Positions 27,901 through 39,956 of a stretch of DNA of 64,000 nucleotides are shown here, in pieces. The translations under genes were made by a program, and so were the position numbers. A model generated the notes under the pieces. That model was given only the letters and a program-made list of their open reading frames with translations, made no database searches and was not told where the DNA came from. How positions within the stretch are numbered: the stretch's first letter is position 1; every line of letters starts with the position of its first letter. This DNA comes from Lingula anatina (lineage: Eukaryota > Animalia > Brachiopoda): contig CM120642.1 of assembly GCA_051362555.1 (NCBI GenBank), forward strand, positions 14,880,001 through 14,944,000, given 5' to 3'.

Positions 27901-30900
27901 CTCATGACATGAAATAATTTTTATATTTTATTCATTCCACAATCCCAACAACCTGACATGAATTTTAGTGACAATGACATTTTCTTCTAACTTTAAAAAA
28001 ATGTTATATATTAATAAAATACATGCACTTCAGTAAAACATAATTTCAAAACAAAGCACAGAGTGAGTGGTACACTAGTTCAACGAACGCACACCTTAGC
28101 AAAATGTGTATTGGTTATTTGTGTTCCTTTGGTTCTTGAAGACGAAACATACAATGGCTTAAAACTCAACACTGTAATTAGCAAATTACTTATTTTAATA
28201 CATTTGAATGTACACACATGTGCCTGCATAGATATACACACCCATTCAAACATATCATTATAACCTTACCTTCTACTTCATGCCAGTTCACTGCAACTTC
28301 AGATATCTTCATATTCAATGAGTTAGCTATGTACAACATATCTACATCAAATGCCCTGAAAGAAATGGAGGCTACGGTAATAACTCCCATCTTTTCAATG
28401 GGGGGAAAATTGAGTTCTATAGATACTGTATTTTTAAGTCATAATTTCTTAAAATTAGAACACTCCTATTGAATGGTAGCAATAAAATTTAAAAGCAGTT
28501 AACTCTATAGTTCTATTCTATGAAGTAAAAGCAGCACAAATTCTATATAGAAATATAATTTTTGTGATAATAGAATTATGTATCTGAATGTTTGATAATA
28601 TTTGCCCAATGAAAAGATCCAGTAATTATCATACAATTACCAACAATACAGTCTTTCCAACTTTCAACATGAAAATTATTGCAAAAAAACAAAATGATAA
28701 ACTATCCATCTTTCTATATGCAAATTTGTGAATATAACCACAGTTATTAACTTATCAAGTTCCAATGTTCACAGAAGTGAAGAAGACCACAGGTATGAAC
28801 TTACCATCTTTCTACATGTAAATTAGTGAAAATTATCACAGCTGCTTGTCTTGTTAGGAGTTTGAACCCACACTGAGTATCTTTGATCCCCTTGACCAGA
28901 AACCACACCAATATGTGGAAACCATACATCAAAATGGTGCGGAAAAATGATCTCTGAAAGAAAAATTTTAATTTTATGTCATTACAACAGCACTTGATAA
29001 ATGCACCTTACAATACAAGAATATTATGTGTGATTTTTGGTTCTTAACATTCAATTCCAAAGCTCTAATACTTTTTTTTTACAATTTAAAAAGAAAACAG
29101 AGATATCTAAACCAGAATGGCTATGTTGTTGTATTAGGAATACTCATTACATACTGTAGCTACAGCTTCATCCTGAAGATGAGCTCTTGATCCACATACC
29201 ACGGCCATTTCACTCTGAAAATAACAACTCGTACAAATTTTTATGTTCATAATGTAATATATAGAGACATATTGCCTCTACCTTTGTGTGGAAAGATATA
29301 ATTATATACTTGGCCCAGTGGAGGAGATGTCATGATTAATACACCTTATATCTTTTAACAAAGAATATATAATCTTAAAATATTTAATTATGAACAAGCA
29401 ACTCTTTCATCCAAAGGTACAAAAGAATATTAAACAGTAACAGTATACAGCTATCAAAAGCTACACATAATACTTTCAATCTTGCAAAAGTATCAATAAT
29501 ACAAACACTTGAAGAGATAATATGGGGGAAAAAAACGCTTCTATTATTCTCATATTCTAAATATCAATTGTCAGACAACAGTTAATTTTTTGTTTTCTTA
29601 CCCCATCTTTGGTTAAAGAATTGATAGAATTTTCTAATTTTTCTAAATCGCTAAATTTGGTTGCTGCATCAGCATCTGCAAACAAAAGGTGTTTGCCTCT
29701 TGCTCTGAGCATACCCTGAAATCAAATACATTCAGTTCAACATTTCTGTTAATCAAAAAGATAAAAGAAAGAATACCTCCTTAAGAAATTTCTTCACAAA
29801 AAAGTAACAATGTAATAAAACAAAGCCATTAGTGTTTGGCAATTTTAATATCTACATAGAACAGTCTTTGATCTTTTTACTACACCTCAACTGGTTTAAA
29901 ACCTGTTCCATAATGTACTAACTTACCAAACGTATTGCACCTCCTTTACCTCTGTTTCTTGCCAGAGTTAAAACTCTTAGTTTTTCTGTTCCATTTCTTG
30001 CACAATATCCCATGGCAACCTAACAGAAAGAGATCATTATAATGAAACACCGCATAAGAACTCTTATCACAGAGGAACAATGTTGCTACTTTTGAAATAA
30101 CAAAAATTAATAAGAAAGGAGGACTGGACAATCATCCCCCCCCCCACAAGTAGTACATAACAGAAAATACTTGATAGTCTTGAAACAAACTGATGTATTT
30201 GACTATTTAGATTTGTTTAAATTTTATAAATTATATGTTCAATAGGCAATCACTTACCTCTGTTGTTTTGTCAGAACTTCCATCATCCACCACTATGATT
30301 TCATATTTAAATGAAGGTTTGGTTTGCTATAATAATAGAAAATAAAATGTATACTATTAAGTAAAAAGCTTACAGCATAATAACTATGAATTTGTACTGC
30401 TTTGAATAAAGAGTTAAAATTCAAGTATTCTTCTAATGAAAAACTTTAAAATCATGTGTTTCTATGTAAAAACTCTTTTAAATGAAAGTTATGTTTATCA
30501 TTCTAACCATAATGATTCTTACCTGTCTTTTGCCTAAAAATTCAAGGGTCTCATCCAGCATTACTGGTACTAAGGAAAGACCAAAATGAGAGAACGATAA
30601 CAGAATAAACTATAAACTAATAAAATGAAAAAAATAAACCTTAACCATGAATGCGGAAATAAAAGTCGACTTTCTGCATGAATACTTTCTGCATGTATAA
30701 AAAATGTTCTTACTGATGTTCATTATTGATTGTGCTTATAAGTTATAATTAATGTAATAAATTAACATGACTCGTGACAGAATTATTGCAATTAAATTAT
30801 ACTTCAATATCTAAAATGATATATATGGAGCCCTTATAATTATATAAAATAATATAAAATATAACACAAAAAATTATGAAATTTACATATAGTCACATAA

Positions 30901-31727
30901 AGTCTATCCTGTTCCCTTTTTATTTCAAAAACAATATAAACCATCAATATTTTATATTTATAATTAGTAAATGCAATACAAATTATCACCATAATAATTA
31001 TAAATTATACAGTTAAATTTCCATAAATCAAATGCCTTTCAACTGTAGCAACTCTACTTTGCAACAATAAGAGCTGTGTTTTGATATTATATTAAGAACA
31101 GTGATGCCTTTTACTTTGTTCTACTTACACCTTTCCTCTTCATTGTAAGCAGGCACTATAACTGAGAGGTCAACACTGGCAGGATCGTGTATGCTAGGAA
31201 AGAGCACTTTACTGTCATCTTTTTTAGGATCCAGGTAATATTTTTCACTCTCATAATGCTGCACCTTTGCCATTGGAATGCTTGTCACATAGATCACAAC
31301 AGAGGCCTAGAATAACATTATATGATATATATATTAGCTAATGAACTTATGTAAAAAAAACCCTTACAAAAGTTTGTTGAAAATCTAACAAATAATCTAA
31401 CATATTTCTATGCTACTATTTAAAATGTAAATGGGTTAAAAAGTGATTATTTGATTCGACCCATCATGTCAATTATATTCAAACAAAATATTTTAAGTCT
31501 AAGCCTTTAACGGCTTAGCCCAGGCACACAATTTCATCATGCGATTTTAATTTTGTTTAGATAATTTAGTCGTTTTAATTAAAATTAAGCCAGATACTGC
31601 AATTAGCCTGTAAACTGTTAGCAGTGAGCATGGCCAAAAAAATTACTATAAATATAAATCTTACCACAGAGAAAACAACTATGGCGAGAAGCAAAAGCAC
31701 AGCAAATAATTGCCACAAGTCCATCAT
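27785..31727 (-). CDS. ALG5: Dolichyl-phosphate beta-glucosyltransferase (GT2), complete, 10 exons, 324 aa
   Basis: Exons (minus): 31665-31727, 31129-31306, 30523-30569, 30258-30326, 29927-30019, 29602-29715, 29155-29214, 28805-28953, 28270-28355, 27785-27900 (975 nt). Motifs: N-terminal TM, LSVIVPAYNEEERLP, EIIVVDDGSSD, NRGKGGA, FADADAAT, GSRAHL, DTQCGFKL, RWAFDVD, GSKIIPFWSWLQM. Confidence 0.96.
28270..28355 (-). CDS. ALG5: ALG5 exon 9 (WAFDVDMLYIA...VNWHEVEG)
   Basis: AG/GT, motif. Confidence 0.94.
28805..28953 (-). CDS. ALG5: ALG5 exon 8 (RSFFRTILMYGFH...DTQCGFKL)
   Basis: DTQCGFK motif; AG/GT. Confidence 0.95.
29155..29214 (-). CDS. ALG5: ALG5 exon 7 (VCGSRAHLQDEAVAT)
   Basis: GSRAHL motif; AG/GT. 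Confidence 0.94.
29602..29715 (-). CDS. ALG5: ALG5 exon 6 (GMLRARGKHLLFADADAAT)
   Basis: DxD motif; AG/GT. Confidence 0.95.
29927..30019 (-). CDS. ALG5: ALG5 exon 5 (NRGKGGAIRL)
   Basis: AG/GT, motif. Confidence 0.95.
30258..30326 (-). CDS. ALG5: ALG5 exon 4 (YEIIVVDDGSSD)
   Basis: DDGS motif; AG/GT. Confidence 0.95.
30523..30569 (-). CDS. ALG5: ALG5 exon 3 (LPVMLDETLEFLGKRQ)
   Basis: AG/GT, in frame. Confidence 0.93.
31129..31306 (-). CDS. ALG5: ALG5 exon 2 (...LSVIVPAYNEEER)
   Basis: GT2 beta-1 motif; AG/GT. Confidence 0.95.
31665..31727 (-). CDS. ALG5: ALG5 exon 1 (MMDLWQLFAVLLLLAIVVFSV)
   Basis: ATG, hydrophobic anchor, gtaag donor. Confidence 0.88.
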
Positions 31728-31975
31728 CTTTATTCCATTGCCACACAAACGGAACTGGAAATGCGAGCTTTGAGCATGCGTGAAGTCCCATTTTTATAAC
31801 TAGGCCAACATTTGTGAAGAGCTGGTTGGAGCGTGGAGATGTTATCCTGTCAGACTACAACATGGCCGCCACATGACAAATTCACCTTTCTAGTTTAATG
31901 CTGCAAATCTATACCTTATTTACATCAATTTCTAACTGATGTTATATTGAAACGTCATGTGAAAATTATAGGTAG
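31728..31975. promoter_or_regulatory. Putative bidirectional promoter / first-exon region between ALG5 and the CRAL-TRIO gene
   Basis: Locally higher GC/CpG just upstream of the ALG5 ATG. It contains NRF1-like GAGCATGCG, ACTACAA (ZNF143-associated), YY1-like AACATGGCCGCC and a plausible + strand donor near 31972. The CRAL-TRIO ATG exon begins at an acceptor (34619), so an upstream UTR exon is required. Confidence 0.5.
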
Positions 31976-34645
31976 TGATACTAAGCTCACGGTTTTCCTT
32001 GAATCAATTATAACCAATAGTATAGTGCACAAGTCTACCCGGAAAAAAGCTAGGACTTTGGTCTTTACAATTTATATTCAGAAAAATTCATGATTAGATT
32101 TAAATGAGATATTAGTTTCGATATATAACGATATGCATATAGTTTTTTCTCAAAGTTTTACTGAAAGTAGTACTTATTTAGGATGTTGAAATATGCAAAT
32201 TGTTTTTAGCCTGAGATGACATGAGACGGCCATCTTGTAGCTTGTCGTGACATCTCCCAGACTCCAGCTCCCAGACGCAAAATAGGAAATTCTAAGTTTT
32301 GCAACAAAGTAAAACGGTTGAATTTTATGTATATTTTTACAAATACACATTATGAAAAGCTAACACACCTTGTTGAATGTACATTGCAAATTTCCACCAA
32401 TATTTGGGTCATCTTTGAGTCCCTCTGCAGAGCTGAGGTTGACCTAATTCGGGCTTTAAAACGTCACCGCTCAAACATTTGTTTAAGGGCCCATGTTTCA
32501 GGTGTTTGTGAGTTTGTAGCCACAGATCCACAACGAAAAGTAAGTATTAGACTCATGTACACATGTCCAGGAAGGAATCAAACGTCTGATTGCGATTCTC
32601 TTATAAGATAAAATTAAATAGGTCTACTTCAAACACCTGTCTGGCACCCTGAGTTCCCTGGTCAAAGTAGACTATAAAATAATTGCAAGTGATAAGGCTA
32701 TATCTATATAAATACTAGTGATATATAATCTCTTTCGAGTGGCTGCAGGCAATTAAAATTTAGCACTAATATTTACGTTATTTTGTGTGAAATTCTAGTA
32801 AAAAGGAAAATAATGCTCTAATGAAACAAATAAAGTTGGAAAATTAGAATGAAAGCTAATCCAGTGAAATACTGGTATGTTGACTTGTTATTTTAAATGT
32901 ATCATTTGTACATTTTTACAGTATTACTAGTAAGAGCTCCAGACCAAATGAAAATTTTATATGGTGATAATTCCTAAAATGTTCAGAAATTCAAAATAAT
33001 AATTATAATTGTAATAATAATAATAAAGAAAGAAGTCAAATAAAGAGATAAGAGGCCAAGGGGAAAAGTTGTTCATTTAAATGTCAAATATCTTGAATGG
33101 AAAGAGATATATTTTTTCAATATTTTTCCTCTGCGTGCAGTACATGCATTATTTATTTTAATTTTTTAAAATTTTTTGATCTCTATCTATGCCCTACATG
33201 TTTAAGAAAAATACGTATCTTACACAAAATTTAACTTTGGTAAATAACATATTTTGACATTTCATGGTAATTACTTGAGATATTGGAACTTGCAGTGATT
33301 TACTCAACTCATGCTGTGCTTCCATTGTGATTGTGTATTACATACTAAATTGGAATAAAGGTCATACCAAGCGTAATAAGACTTGATAATTAGGGTAGTG
33401 ATTACTTTGAAACTGCAATATGAACATCCCATGGTTACATTTCTTTTATTACAAGTACATTTCTTCTGATATAATCAGTTTTGTAGAAATTTCTGAAGAC
33501 AATAGATTTAAGTTAGGATCCCTTTTTTGTCAATGTATGGGCAGTAGAATGTGAATGGAGACATGTTTGATTAAAAATAATTTTAGTCGACAAACAGTCA
33601 TAAATAATGTAATTCCAATCAGTTAACATGTTTTTCAGTTGACTATAGTATGAACGGAACTTAAGTAGAATATATAGAAATATATACAGTACATGTATGC
33701 TTGGGAGAAAATGTTTGACTGTTTGTTACTTTGATATAAATTTGCAAAATATCCTTCCAAAATGAGTCATTTTAAATATATATATATATACTAAGAAGTA
33801 GTATATGAATGCACAGTTTATTTACAATTAATGCTGAAAATGCTATCAGTGGTCCCTTCACAGTGCTAAACTTTAATTATCCAACCATATACATGAAGGG
33901 AAAAAAATATTTTTAAAAAATCTCGACTAGTTCTTTAGCATATTATAAAGGCCTCTATGCTGATGTTATACATGTACTTTATCAAGTCTTATATGAAATG
34001 ACATCACATAAAATAGTGCTTGTTTCCTATTGAAGGACTCGTTATATTGCTCAGAAACAAAGGTCATGCTTCATAGCTGTGTAAATTAACACCAGGTGTA
34101 TACTAGCATTTCTGTAGATTTCTTTTCAATACTGATGAACTGCTAGTATTGATAGGTAAGGAAGCTACCTCAAATCTACCAGTGTAGTTTATGTAATGAC
34201 AATTGCTATTTTTTTCCTTACATAAATAAATTTGGATTTTTTATAATAAAAAATATATAAGTTTTGAAAATGATCTTAGTGAGCAAAGCTTCCAGTCATG
34301 ATTGCATTTACAGTAGTGGCATGGGATATATCTCCAGGGTATTGGATGATTGAAGTTTTGCCTGTTGGTATTTTCTTAACCGCTACCATTACTTAGCACA
34401 GGTCTTTTTGTTTCCTCAGCAGTTACATTCAGTGTGTATTAGACTTGCCCATCTATAATAAAGAAGGGTCCCTTATGAATATCTCCTTAATGTTGGAATG
34501 TTTAATGGAAGTCGAAGATAGATGAAGGATGTTGATCAGTTATACACTAACTTATTTGTCTAATAACCATTTTACATACTAGAATTTTTTTTTATTCCAA
34601 TGTTATTTTTTCCTCCAGAAATTGGCCTCTTCATACATATCACCA

Positions 34646-34711
34646 ATGGCAGCTAACGCGACAACTCGGCCATCAGAAGAAGATTTTAAGCTGTTAAAGG
34701 AGAGATGTCAG
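34646..34711 (+). CDS. CRAL-TRIO gene first coding exon (MAANATTRPSEEDFKLLKERCQ)
   Basis: Acceptor at 34618, ATG at 34646, gtaggg donor. Confidence 0.8.
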
Positions 34712-37700
34712 GTAGGGTGAAATATAATATAATGTTGTTTTTTCTCTGGAAGATGTATCAAGTAAATAAGAGTAAAGAAAATATCTTAGAACAAGTGAAG
34801 GATAAAATAAGGTGAAGAAAAGAAAAGATGTAAATGCATGTATGACTATAAGTGAATTAGTTTACAAGATTGTGTGAGGGTGGGTTGGGGCTTACATTAA
34901 AGTTTTTGCATGTATTTTTATTATCTCTAAAGAACAGTTTTCATTTTGTCTTTTTTTTTTCATAATTTTAAAGACTAAGATAAAGGCTGCTTCAAGATAT
35001 ATAAAAGTGAACGTCAGCATTAATATTTACAGAAGCAAGCACAGGGTTCACACATTATCATACCACCAGATGACATACTGCTTTTAGATAATTCATATAA
35101 TATATAAACAAGATCCATTTGAGATGGATATTGTTGACACTTCTTACGCTTTGTCTGACATGGAAATACTGGTGTAGAAAGGATGTGAAGTATAAAATAA
35201 GGTAAAAAAAGAAAGAATTGCCATGACCCAATGAACTCCAAACAAGGCAGAAAAGCTGTCAAACGTACAGGTGTATGGCAGAAATTTCAATTTGGATGCA
35301 ATACTATATAATAATATTAAGGCATAATCACTATCAGTTTTAATTGCATTAATGATGGCAGTGTACAAACTAAAGGGTTTCATTCAATTTTGACAAACTA
35401 TGTCTGTACATAGATTAAGGAAGAAATAAAACTGATGTGGAATAATTTATTGTATACTTTCAGTATCATTTTCTTTTTTTCATATTTAATCAAAGTTTTA
35501 CTGAGAGCTAAGTCCGGATAAACTCATGATAAACGGAAATATGCTCAGTTGGGTTTCTGATTTCTTTTTGGGGAAGCTGCTGTTTATCAGATTAACTAGA
35601 AGAAAAGTTTGCTTACTTTATTGATTTTTCCACATGAAGCATGTTGTAGTGCAGATCAGGGCATCATTAAGTGATCACAAGCAGATTAACTCTAGTTAAG
35701 ATAACATGTAAACACACATGTATGGAATATATGGCTTGCTCACCAGCATCATACATTCACATTTGTATAGATCTACTTGTAAAAATGTATTTGCACTAGT
35801 ATTAAAATTGAACATATTTGATGTAAAATGGCCCATTCATCCATGCTGATTAACATTTTTGTCAAGTCTGATAATTAAATTCCAAATTTTTATATTAACC
35901 ATTTGTGTTTTTATTCACTATTCTTTTTAGTATTTTAATATAGTTAAGGAAAAACTTAATTTCCATTTCAGATGATCTTTGATGCTGACCCCTCTCAGGT
36001 AAGAGTGTGTTGGTCAACTTTGAGGAACCTGAAGTACAGAATAACACAAGAGCTAATGAAGAGAAAATTAAAATCTCTTCTCTAAATGATAACTTGAAAT
36101 TAACTTGAATATTGGATAAGCACAGGGTAGTCTATAATATGACACTTACATTGTGTACAACCTTTGCTTATCATTATATTGAAAGCATTGTGACATAATT
36201 AAACAATGGAATTAAATGTCAACAATGAGAAGAATGGCCCCAGAGGATCAGATTTTTCCATACTATTATTCGCTGTCTTAAAATAGCCTTAAATTAAATG
36301 TCACAGATAGTCAGATGCCACTGAGATGCCTATTCATGCACACTTCAAACTCAGAGGCTGTGTTGACAATTTGTATACTATAGTAGTAGCTGATACTGAA
36401 AATATGGACCTTTGCTATTAATTGTGTATTTGAAAATCCATATCTCACTGAGCAGTCTGTGTAGGTCAGGTAGACTTCCTGTGTATTTTTGGTCAAAGTA
36501 ATTTGTAAATGCAGCTAAGATGTGTCTCAGCCATAAGTATATATAGAAGGCATTTCTGTGACTGGGACATAATTATTGTTTGAATAGAGTGATATTGGTT
36601 CAGTCCCTGCATGGGTCGATGTCTTTCTTGTGCAAGTTGGACAGATTGATTATGTTTGATTAAGTGAGGAAGTATATTGTACTGCACTTTTCAAGCATCC
36701 CTGGTGTATGTTTAATTAAGACCTAAATGATAAATGACTTGAGGAGCAAGAGCATCTTAGAGCATCTTGAAATGTGATGTTGGTTTTTGCATGGGCAATG
36801 TCAACTACAAGCACTAGCACTAATACTAGCTATTATTCATTACGTAGGATTTCCCCAATAGTTCAGTATATATTATTTTTATGCTTTTAATGACTTTTAA
36901 GTTAATAAAACAATTGAAGGTGAAAAAAGAAAGTCCCATAAATGCTAGATATCTTTCCCACTTAACTTTTGTAGAAACAATTATTGAATAACCTAAACAA
37001 AGATTGATCTAGTGTTAAGGCACACAGTGACATTTATAGGGATTAGATTTTTCTGACCATCGATGGATTTCCAACTTTTTGGAGGCCAAAATTATCATTG
37101 GCCTAAGCGGCCCCCAGGACCCTACCCCATATTTTCCTACTTTTTAGCTAAATGGCAGTCTTGTCCCTGCATTATACATGCATTATACAAATGTCAAGAT
37201 CCTTCAGGCTAGGGAAAAACTTTACTAAAAATATTCTTCCAGTATATTGGCAATTTCATTTGCACAGCATTTATATGCAACAATGATATTTTGGATTAAG
37301 TGCAAGAAATTAAAACAAATGAATGTGTGAGTCTTGATAGATTGCAATAGAAATTTCTATTACCAAAACTTGCTTGATGATATATTATTAAATAAATGTA
37401 GCACACAAACCGAGATATATTTGACATCTGAGTAAAATTTATGTTTAGGGCACTAAGATACTGCATTCTCCTAAAAGAAATCTCTGAATGAAAGTATTTC
37501 AATATTTCAGTATCACAACGATGCATCCCTGCACAGGTTTCACAAGGCATTCCTGGGGGTTGATGAGACCTTTCAAGCAGTACTTAAGTGTAACAAATGG
37601 CGAAGAGAGTTTGGAGTGGCCAACTTGTCCCCAGAAGATCCTGACATTTTAGAAGAATTACAGACCATGAAGGCATTAATATTATCGCGCAGGGATGCTC

Positions 37701-39956
37701 GTGAAAGGTACTTTTGTATGCAAGGATTGCCATTGAACTCACTGTGTACATGCTTACATTCAAATGTTCAAGATGAGATAACATCTTAAGTGCCAAATGC
37801 AGTACTATAACTATAATGTCATAATTTGTGTTTAATCTCTTTCGCTGATGTGAATTCTTAATATTTTGGTTTCTTGTTTTGATGGTTGCAAAAATAGCCT
37901 GCACCACTTTGATAAAATTACTTGCCAGCTGTCAATTCAACAATGTGATGCAAACTCAAACTGGCTAGTGAATGGTACATTTTTTTTATATTTGATACAT
38001 TAAAGGGATAATAACTCTTCGTATGAAATCTGTATTTCACAATAAAAACATTGTGAATGACTCATAAAAATATAATATATTCTGTTTTCCCACAAAAACG
38101 GCTGTTATAGCTATTATTCTGATATCTGAGCTTGTCTTTAGACCACGTGACCTCCATTGATGGCTATACTCTGTTAAAATCTCTTAAGAGATTTTAACAA
38201 AAAACCAAACTTTTTAGAAAAAAACCAGGGACTAACTTTGAATGTAAAAATGGATTCATTAACCATTGGTAAGTATGGGAAAATTGTTGTTTACTCCAGG
38301 AAAATTCATTTTTTGGCCAAAACGAAGAGTTATTATCACTTTAAGTTTCCATCATGACAGACCGTACAAAGCTGCCATTCAGTCAGTCACATGAAATCAA
38401 ACAGCTAATTGGACCCACTTTTGTCTTTGTCAATACAGTGCCAGTTCTGTTGTTTACAACAAATTTATATTATACCTATTGTTTCTATGCCTTTCTCCAT
38501 TACTTTCCTTCTGTATTGGTAAGGCTTTCATTTTTTCAGACCAATCATCTATATAGCTGTCAAGAAGCACAATGCAAATGACAGAGACTTGGACAAACTA
38601 ACCAAATTTATAGTATATTTATTGGTAAGAACTTTAAAAAGTTTGAAGTGTTATTATTTTTTTTTTCAATGGGGCATGGGAATCTTCTGCCATATAACAT
38701 TATTCATTTAAATCGGGCATGAGAATCTTCTGTCATTTTACTTTATTCAGGATATCTGTGCAGATCTTACAGGCCTGTAGCAAGGAATTTCAAAGAGTTT
38801 TTTTTTTCTAAATAAGTGGACCTTTTACAATAAAATGTTCATGTACCTATATCAAATTTTACTGAAAGCAGACTTTCTCCTGGCAAAAATGGCGATTTCT
38901 GTGCCCCCCCCCCCCCCTTAGGCTATGGGCCAGTCCTATGTAAAAGTGGCAATGGTTTGGTATAAATCTTTTTTCTGTTTTTATTGGAATTCCTGTTCAT
39001 AACCATGCTTTATATAGAACCTTCTGTATATTTGTCTGTGATTTATAAAGTGCCCAGACAAATCATTCATTAATATGAAAGAGCTGTTACCCTGGTTAAT
39101 CATCGTCTTATTATTCCACAACTGTATAACTGTTTTCAAACTTAAATTTTGATAAACAGAATTACTTTGTTGTATTGTATTGCATTGCATTATTTCAGCT
39201 GCTTCCCCCATATATTAAGCACTTAATTAACAGATATTTCTTTTATAGGAAACTGTTATGATTTATTTTACAGGAAACAGCATGCAGAAAGTGCAACGAA
39301 GAAATCATAGACAACATTTGTGTGGTATTTGACATGAAGGACTTCACAATGCAGTGTATGGACTATCAGTTTGTGAAAACATTAATATGGCTGCTTAGCA
39401 AGTACTTCCCAGAGAGGCTTGGCGTTTGTTTGATCATCAATGCCCCTATGTTGTTTTATGGATGCTGGACAGTAATTCAACCATGGTTTGTTACCATTAT
39501 ATATATAAATTGTGCATATCACACTCGATTCCTTAACAGGGTGTTTAAAAAGTTCTATTATAAATAGGTGTTGGTTGCTTTTATATCTGGCCTTGTTAAC
39601 ATGCACATTTCTCATCAATAAGTGCATCACCCTTGTCTTGACAACAACAACAAAAAAAGGATATTTGGGTGACCCCAAGAATTATAAGTATATATAATTT
39701 GTATAAAGTGATTTACATTGCTTTCTCTTTGAAGTTAAAAAAGAAAAGAAAAGAAAAGAAAAAAAACATTTTGAAGTAGTACGTATTATCAAAATCTACA
39801 GGATGTTCAGTTTTTAGTCAGAGTGACTACAAAAGCATAATGGCCACATATCTTTGCAGGTTAAATGAGAAGACTGCCAGTAAAGTTGTGTTTGTAAACG
39901 ATGACCAAGCTTTGAGTGAATACCTGTGTCCAGATGCACTTCCTCATGACCTATGA
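34646..39956 (+). CDS. Sec14/CRAL-TRIO domain lipid-transfer protein, 6 coding exons, 227 aa
   Basis: Exons 34646-34711, 35972-35998, 37511-37707, 38540-38624, 39274-39485, 39860-39956 (684 nt), all AG/GT and in phase. Motifs: DASLHRF..., KWRREFGV, RPIIYI, VFDMKDF, YFPERLGVCLIINAPMLFYGCWTVIQPWLNEKTASKVVF. Confidence 0.93.
35972..35998 (+). CDS. CRAL-TRIO gene 27-nt microexon (MIFDADPSQ)
   Basis: ccatttcag/gtaaga, phase 0-0. Confidence 0.78.
37511..37707 (+). CDS. CRAL-TRIO gene exon (YHNDASLHRF...KWRREFGV...)
   Basis: CRAL_TRIO_N-type motif; AG/GT. Confidence 0.92.
38004..38340. mobile_element. Non-autonomous TIR element with TTAA target duplication (Kolobok-like)
   Basis: TTAA|agggataataactcttcgt ... 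acgaagagttattatcact|TTAA. Confidence 0.8.
38540..38624 (+). CDS. CRAL-TRIO gene exon (RPIIYIAVKKHNANDRDLD...)
   Basis: AG/GT, phase 2-0. Confidence 0.92.
38672..38750. repeat. Short ~43-bp tandem duplication
   Basis: gggcatgggaatcttctgccat / gggcatgagaatcttctgtcat. Confidence 0.65.
39274..39485 (+). CDS. CRAL-TRIO gene exon (...YFPERLGVCLIINAP...)
   Basis: Sec14 PERL/NAP motif; AG/GT. Confidence 0.94.
39860..39956 (+). CDS. CRAL-TRIO gene last exon (WLNEKTASKVVFV...PHDL*)
   Basis: tttgcag acceptor; TGA stop. Confidence 0.92.
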
